Position numbers and translations under genes: made by a program
In this document: piece by piece, positions 21,404 to 25,892 of the stretch
Position numbering within the stretch: the stretch's first letter is position 1
Layout: the number at the start of each line of letters is the position of its first letter
The notes under the pieces: model-generated
What the model was told of the DNA's origin: nothing
Database searches by the model: none
The model's input: only the letters and a program-made list of their open reading frames with translations
Source of the DNA: a virus
Taxonomy: Duplodnaviria > Heunggongvirae > Uroviricota > Caudoviricetes
Length of the DNA: 25,892 nucleotides
Virus record (IMG/VR): IMGVR_UViG_2734482557_000001
Strand: one strand, 5' to 3'

Positions 21404-24400
21404 ATGGCAGTAAAGATTTCAGGTGTACTGAAAGACGGCACAGGAAAACCGGTACAGAACTGCACAATCCAGCTGAAAGCAAAACGTAACAGCACCACGG
21501 TGGTGGTGAACACGCTGGCCTCAGAAAATCCGGATGAAGCCGGGCGTTACAGCATGGACGTTGAGTACGGTCAGTACAGCGTTATTCTGTTGGTGGAAGG
21601 ATTCCCGCCGTCACATGCCGGGACCATCACCGTGTATGAAGATTCCCGACCCGGTACGCTGAATGATTTTCTCGGTGCCATGACGGAGGATGATGCCCGT
21701 CCGGAGGCACTGCGCCGTTTTGAGCTGATGGTGGAAGAGGTGGCGCGTAACGCGTCCGCGGTGGCACAGAACACGGCAGCCGCGAAGAAATCAGCCAGCG
21801 ATGCCAGCACATCAGCCCGTGAGGCGGCAACCCATGCGACTGATGCTGCAGATTCAGCACGTGCAGCCAGCACGTCAGCCGGACAGGCCGCTTCGTCGGC
21901 TCAGTCAGCGTCTTCCAGCGCAGGAACGGCATCAACAAAGGCCACTGAAGCCTCAAAAAGTGCTGCCGCTGCAGAGTCCTCAAAAAGCGCGGCGGCTACC
22001 AGTGCCGGTGCGGCGAAAACGTTAGAAACGAATGCGGCAGCGTCACAACAATCAGCAGCCACTTCTGCATCCACCGCGACCACGAAAGCGTCAGAAGCTG
22101 CCACCTCAGCCCGGGATGCGTCGGCTTCAAAAGAGGCGGCAAAATCATCAGAAACGAACGCATCATCAAGCGCCAGTAGCGCAGCTTCCTCGGCGACGGC
22201 GGCTGCAAATTCTGCGAAGGCGGCCAAAACGTCCGAGACGAACGCCAGGTCTTCTGAAACGGCAGCGGGACAGAGTGCCTCAGCTGCGGCAGGCTCAAAA
22301 ACNNNNNNNNNNNNNNNNNNNNNNNNNNNNNNNNNNNNNNNNNNNNNNNNNNNNNNNNNNNNNNNNNNNNNNNNNNNNNNNNNNNNNNNNNNNNNNNNNN
22401 NNNNNNNNNNNNNNNNNNNNNNNNNNNNNNNNNNNNNNNNNNNNNNNNNNNNNNNNNNNNNNNNNNNNNNNNNNNNNNNNNNNNNNNNNNNNNNNNNNNN
22501 NNNNNNNNNNNNNNNNNNNNNNNNNNNNNNNNNNNNNNNNNNNNNNNNNNNNGGCGTCATCGGCATCATCGGCGTCTGCTTCAAAAGATGAGGCGACCAG
22601 ACAGGCGTCAGCAGCGAAGGGCAGCGCCACGACGGCATCCACGAAGGCGACAGAGGCTGCTGGTAGTGCGACGGCAGCAGCTCAGAGCAAAAGTACGGCG
22701 GAATCTGCAGCAACGCGCGCTGAGACAGCGGCAAAACGGGCAGAGGATATTGCATCCGCCGTGGCGCTTGAGGATGCGAGCACGACGAAAAAGGGGATAG
22801 TACAGCTCAGTAGTGCGACTAACAGCACTTCCGAGTCACTGGCGGCAACACCAAAAGCCGTTAAGGCCGCGTATGACCTGGCTAACGGGAAATACACCGC
22901 ACAGGATGCAACGACAGCACAGAAAGGGATAATCCAGCTAAGCAGCGCGACCAACAGCACGTCTGAAACGCTGGCGGCAACGCCAAAGGCAGTAAAAGCA
23001 GCCAATGACAATGCTGAGAAACGTCTGCAGAAAGATCAGAACGGTGCGGATATCCCTGGCAAAGACACCTTTACGAAAAATATTGGTGCCTGCCGTGCCT
23101 TCGGTGGGTCAGTAAGCACAACAACAGGAAACTGGACGACTGCACAGTTTATCGAGTGGCTGGATTCTCAGGGAGCATTTAACCATCCATACTGGATGTG
23201 CAAGGGTTCCTGGTCTTATGGCAATAATAAAATCATTACTGATACTGGCTGCGGTAATATTCATCTCGCCGGAGCTGTCATTGAAGTAATGGGGATAAAG
23301 TCAGCGATGACGATCCGCATTACCACTCCGACCACATCCAGCGGTGGCGGAACAACCAACGCCCAGTTTACCTATATTAATCACGGAACAGATTATTCAC
23401 CTGGCTGGCGAAGGGACTATAACTCCAGAAATAAGCCAACGGCATCAGAGATCGGGGCGCTACCGTCAGGTGGAACAGCAGTATCATCAGTTAATCTGGC
23501 TTCAAAAGGTCGGGTAGCCGCGCTGACAGACAATACGCAGGGGGCAGCAGGTCTTGAGTTATACGAGGTGTATAACAACGGATATCCAACAGCGTATGGA
23601 AATATCATTCACCTGAAAGGGATGACAGCCGTTGGCGAAGGTGAGTTACTCATCGGCTGGAGTGGTACAAGCGGTGCTCATGCTCCGGCATTTATTCGTT
23701 CACGACGGGATACGACCGACGCAAACTGGTCGCCGTGGGCGCAGCTTTACACCTCGGCTCATCCTCCTGCAGAGTTTTATCCAGTCGGTGCACCAATCCC
23801 GTGGCCATCAGATACCGTTCCGTCTGGTTATGCCCTGATGCAGGGGCAGACTTTTGACAAATCTGCTTACCCGAAACTTGCAGCCGCTTATCCGTCAGGC
23901 GTGATCCCTGATATGCGTGGCTGGACGATTAAGGGCAAGCCCGCCAGTGGTCGTGCCGTATTGTCTCAGGAACAGGATGGCATTAAATCGCACACCCACA
24001 GCGCCAGCGCATCCAGTACGGATTTGGGGACGAAAACCACATCGTCGTTTGATTACGGCACTAAATCCACGAATAACACCGGGGCGCATACGCACAGTCT
24101 GAGCGGCTCTACAAGTTCAGCTGGGGCCCACCAACATAGTCAGACTGGGCCCAGAACGAATAGCGGGAGTCAACCTACTGGAATGTTTCCGGCAGGGAGT
24201 ACTCAAGTTAGCGGGACTAATCAGGTTGGTATCAGTGGCTCATTAACCAGTGGCACCTCCCAATGGGTAGGTAAATCATCTTCAGAAGGAAACCATACAC
24301 ACTCACTGTCCGGCACAGCAGCATCTGCGGGTGCACACGCGCATACTGTCGGTATTGGTGCTCATACGCACTCTGTTGCGATTGGTTCACATGGACACAC

Positions 24401-24479
24401 CATCACCGTTAACGCTGCTGGTAACGCGGAAAACACCGTCAAAAACATCGCATTTAACTATATTGTGAGGCTCGCATAA
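21404..24479 (+). CDS. stf: side tail fibre protein Stf (mosaic; interrupted by an N-run gap inside an Ala/Ser-rich repeat region)
   Basis: N-terminus [60 protein letters not shown]... matches lambda Stf. C-terminus ...[61 protein letters not shown] matches the lambda Stf tip. The frame is open on both sides of the gap; continuity across it cannot be verified. Confidence 0.88.
22303..22552. other. assembly gap (250 N) in the Ala/Ser-rich repeat region of stf
   Basis: Run of N inside low-complexity, GC-rich repetitive coding sequence. Confidence 0.99.
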
Positions 24480-25060
24480 TGGCATTCAGAATGAGTGAAC
24501 AAGCACGGACCATAAAAATTTATAACCTGCTGGCCGGAACTAATGAATTTATTGGTGAAGGTGACGCATATATTCCGCCTCATACAGGTCTGCCTGCAAA
24601 CAGTACCGATATTGCACCGCCAGATATTCCGGCTGGTTTCGTGGCTGTTTTCAACAGTGATGAGTCATCGTGGCATCTCGTTGAAGATCATCGGGGTAAA
24701 ACGGTTTATGACGTGGCTTCCGGCGACGCGTTATTTATTTCTGAACTCGGCTCATTACCGGAAAATGTCACCTGGTTATCCCCGGAAGGGGAGTTTCAGA
24801 AGTGGAACGGCACAGCCTGGGTGAAGGATACGGAAGCAGAAAAACTGTTCCGGATCCGGGAGGCGGAAGAAACAAAAAACAGCCTGATGCAGGTAGCCAG
24901 TGAGCATATAGCGCCGCTTCAGGATGCTGTGGATCTGGAGATCGCAACGGAGAAAGAAACCTTGTTGCTGGAAGCTTGGAAAAAGTATCGGGTGTTGCTG
25001 AACCGTGTTGATACATCAACTGCACCGGATATTGAATGGCCAGTAGCACCTATAGGGTAA
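24479..25060 (+). CDS. tfa: tail fibre assembly chaperone Tfa
   Basis: 193 aa [74 protein letters not shown]...; the ATG overlaps the stf stop by one nucleotide (TAATG). Confidence 0.95.
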   Translation: MAFRMSEQARTIKIYNLLAGTNEFIGEGDAYIPPHTGLPANSTDIAPPDIPAGFVAVFNSDESSWHLVEDHRGKTVYDVASGDALFISELGSLPENVTWLSPEGEFQKWNGTAWVKDTEAEKLFRIREAEETKNSLMQVASEHIAPLQDAVDLEIATEKETLLLEAWKKYRVLLNRVDTSTAPDIEWPVAPIG

Positions 25061-25145
25061 ATTCGTAATGATTACCTAAATACGTTATTCTTTTGTTAAA
25101 AAAGTGATTTTGCTATAGGTAGGGAGTATGTTCTTGGATTAAGAA

Positions 25146-25176
25146 TAAAAAATCGCCATGAAAGAGCTTCATGGCG
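25146..25176 (-). terminator. strong intrinsic terminator for leftward (minus-strand) transcription
   Basis: Perfect 9-bp stem CGCCATGAA / TTCATGGCG with a 5-nt loop at 25154..25176; read on the minus strand it is followed by a T-run (plus-strand AAAAAA at 25146..25153). Confidence 0.65.
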
Positions 25177-25809
25177 AGTACATAAACGTACAAAATGTGA
25201 TGAAAGTAGAGTGGCGTAAGCCACTATATTAAGATATGACAATAGCGAAGAAAAGTAAATAACATTTTATGGACGTTTAATTGTTAATTATAAAAACTAG
25301 AGTGCCCGATATTGTTTATCTTGCTTTAAAATAATGTACTCAAACCAAATTTTTGAGCTAAAAGCTCAAATAATATAAATGCAATAATAATGTTTAATAA
25401 GACAATTAGCTTGCTTTGTATTTTCATTTCGGAATACTGTTAAGTAACTTTGATGACCCTAACAATAGATCGGAATTTTCTTAGAGTCAATGGTCACTGT
25501 TTTTGCTTGCAAAGCAAATGTTTTGGTGGTTATAAGTCGTCTTAATATAGTCACGCATGCAACTTGTTCCATGCGGAGATTAAAGATTGGAATATAACGC
25601 GAAGATGGAATTAAATTACATTTGCAATAATTAATTTATTATTACTCAATAATTACCGATATTATTATTGTAAATTAATCATTAGAATGCAAAAAGAAAT
25701 GTAACGGCAAAATAAGAGGACGATAGCTGAGAAAAAAGCGTGCTTTCCCAATCTGGGGCAAATCACGTCTGAATGACACCTGAAAACAGGTGGTAGCCTC
25801 AAGAAGGCT

Positions 25810-25892
25810 GGTGATGCTGCCAACTTACTGATTTAGTGTATGATGGTGTTTTTGAGGTGCTCCAGTGGCTTCTGTTTCTATCAGCTGTCCCT
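25810..25892 (+). mobile_element. IS1 left end (terminal inverted repeat GGTGATGCTGCCAACTTACTGAT...), truncated by the window edge
   Basis: The 83 nt from 25810 to the window end match the IS1 left terminus as I recall it, including the start of insA. Confidence 0.85.
25864..25892 (+). CDS. insA: IS1 InsA, 5' fragment (GTG start; M-A-S-V-S-I-S-C-P...), continues beyond the window
   Basis: GTG GCT TCT GTT TCT ATC AGC TGT CCC at the expected offset from the IS1 inverted repeat. Confidence 0.7.

Noticed and set aside
15173-22552. Treating the six N-runs as biological deletions or insertions in L/K, J, lom and stf
   Set aside because: Flanking sequence is in recognisable frames on both sides, one gap is flanked by duplicated contig ends, and gap lengths do not preserve frame. 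These are scaffolding gaps.
21571-22800. Long antisense and alternate-frame ORFs in the stf Ala/Ser-rich region (for example 21627..21983, 21901..22755, 22588..22800), and the MRQRHNNQQ... N-terminal part of the 22032..24479 track ORF
   Set aside because: Produced by the repetitive GCN-rich codons and by reading across the N gap; the real stf frame is the lambda-like one.
25158-25540. Plus-strand micro-ORFs in the AT-rich islet (24 aa at 25158, 17 aa at 25391, 29 aa at 25453)
   Set aside because: Very short, no ribosome-binding sites, and expected by chance; kept only as part of the general islet finding.

Overview
This window is the late (packaging, head and tail morphogenesis) region of a lambda-like prophage, almost certainly in an Enterobacteriaceae (E. 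coli-type) draft assembly. Calls rest on my recollection of the phage lambda proteins and cos sequence; no database search was run. Reading left to right: two small AT-rich minus-strand cargo genes next to cos (DUF1398 YdfO/YbcV-like and DUF3950 YnfO/YlcI-like); a cos site whose cosB matches lambda but whose 12-nt cohesive-end core differs; then on the plus strand Nu1, A, W, B, C (with nested Nu3), D, E, FI, FII, Z, U, V, G, the G-T frameshift product, H, M, L, K, I, J, the lom moron, stf and tfa. After tfa comes a ~750-bp very AT-rich non-coding islet and then the left end of an IS1 element at the window edge. Six runs of N (243-306 nt) interrupt L/K, J (three times), lom and stf; they are assembly gaps of estimated size, not biology. 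The structural core is ordinary lambda. The parts worth a second look are the exchangeable modules: the cosN variant, the YnfO/YdfO-like pair, the non-lambda C-terminal domain of J, the mosaic side tail fibre, and the AT-rich islet with a strong minus-strand terminator. I found no CRISPR array, tRNA or rRNA, and no clearly novel multi-gene system.
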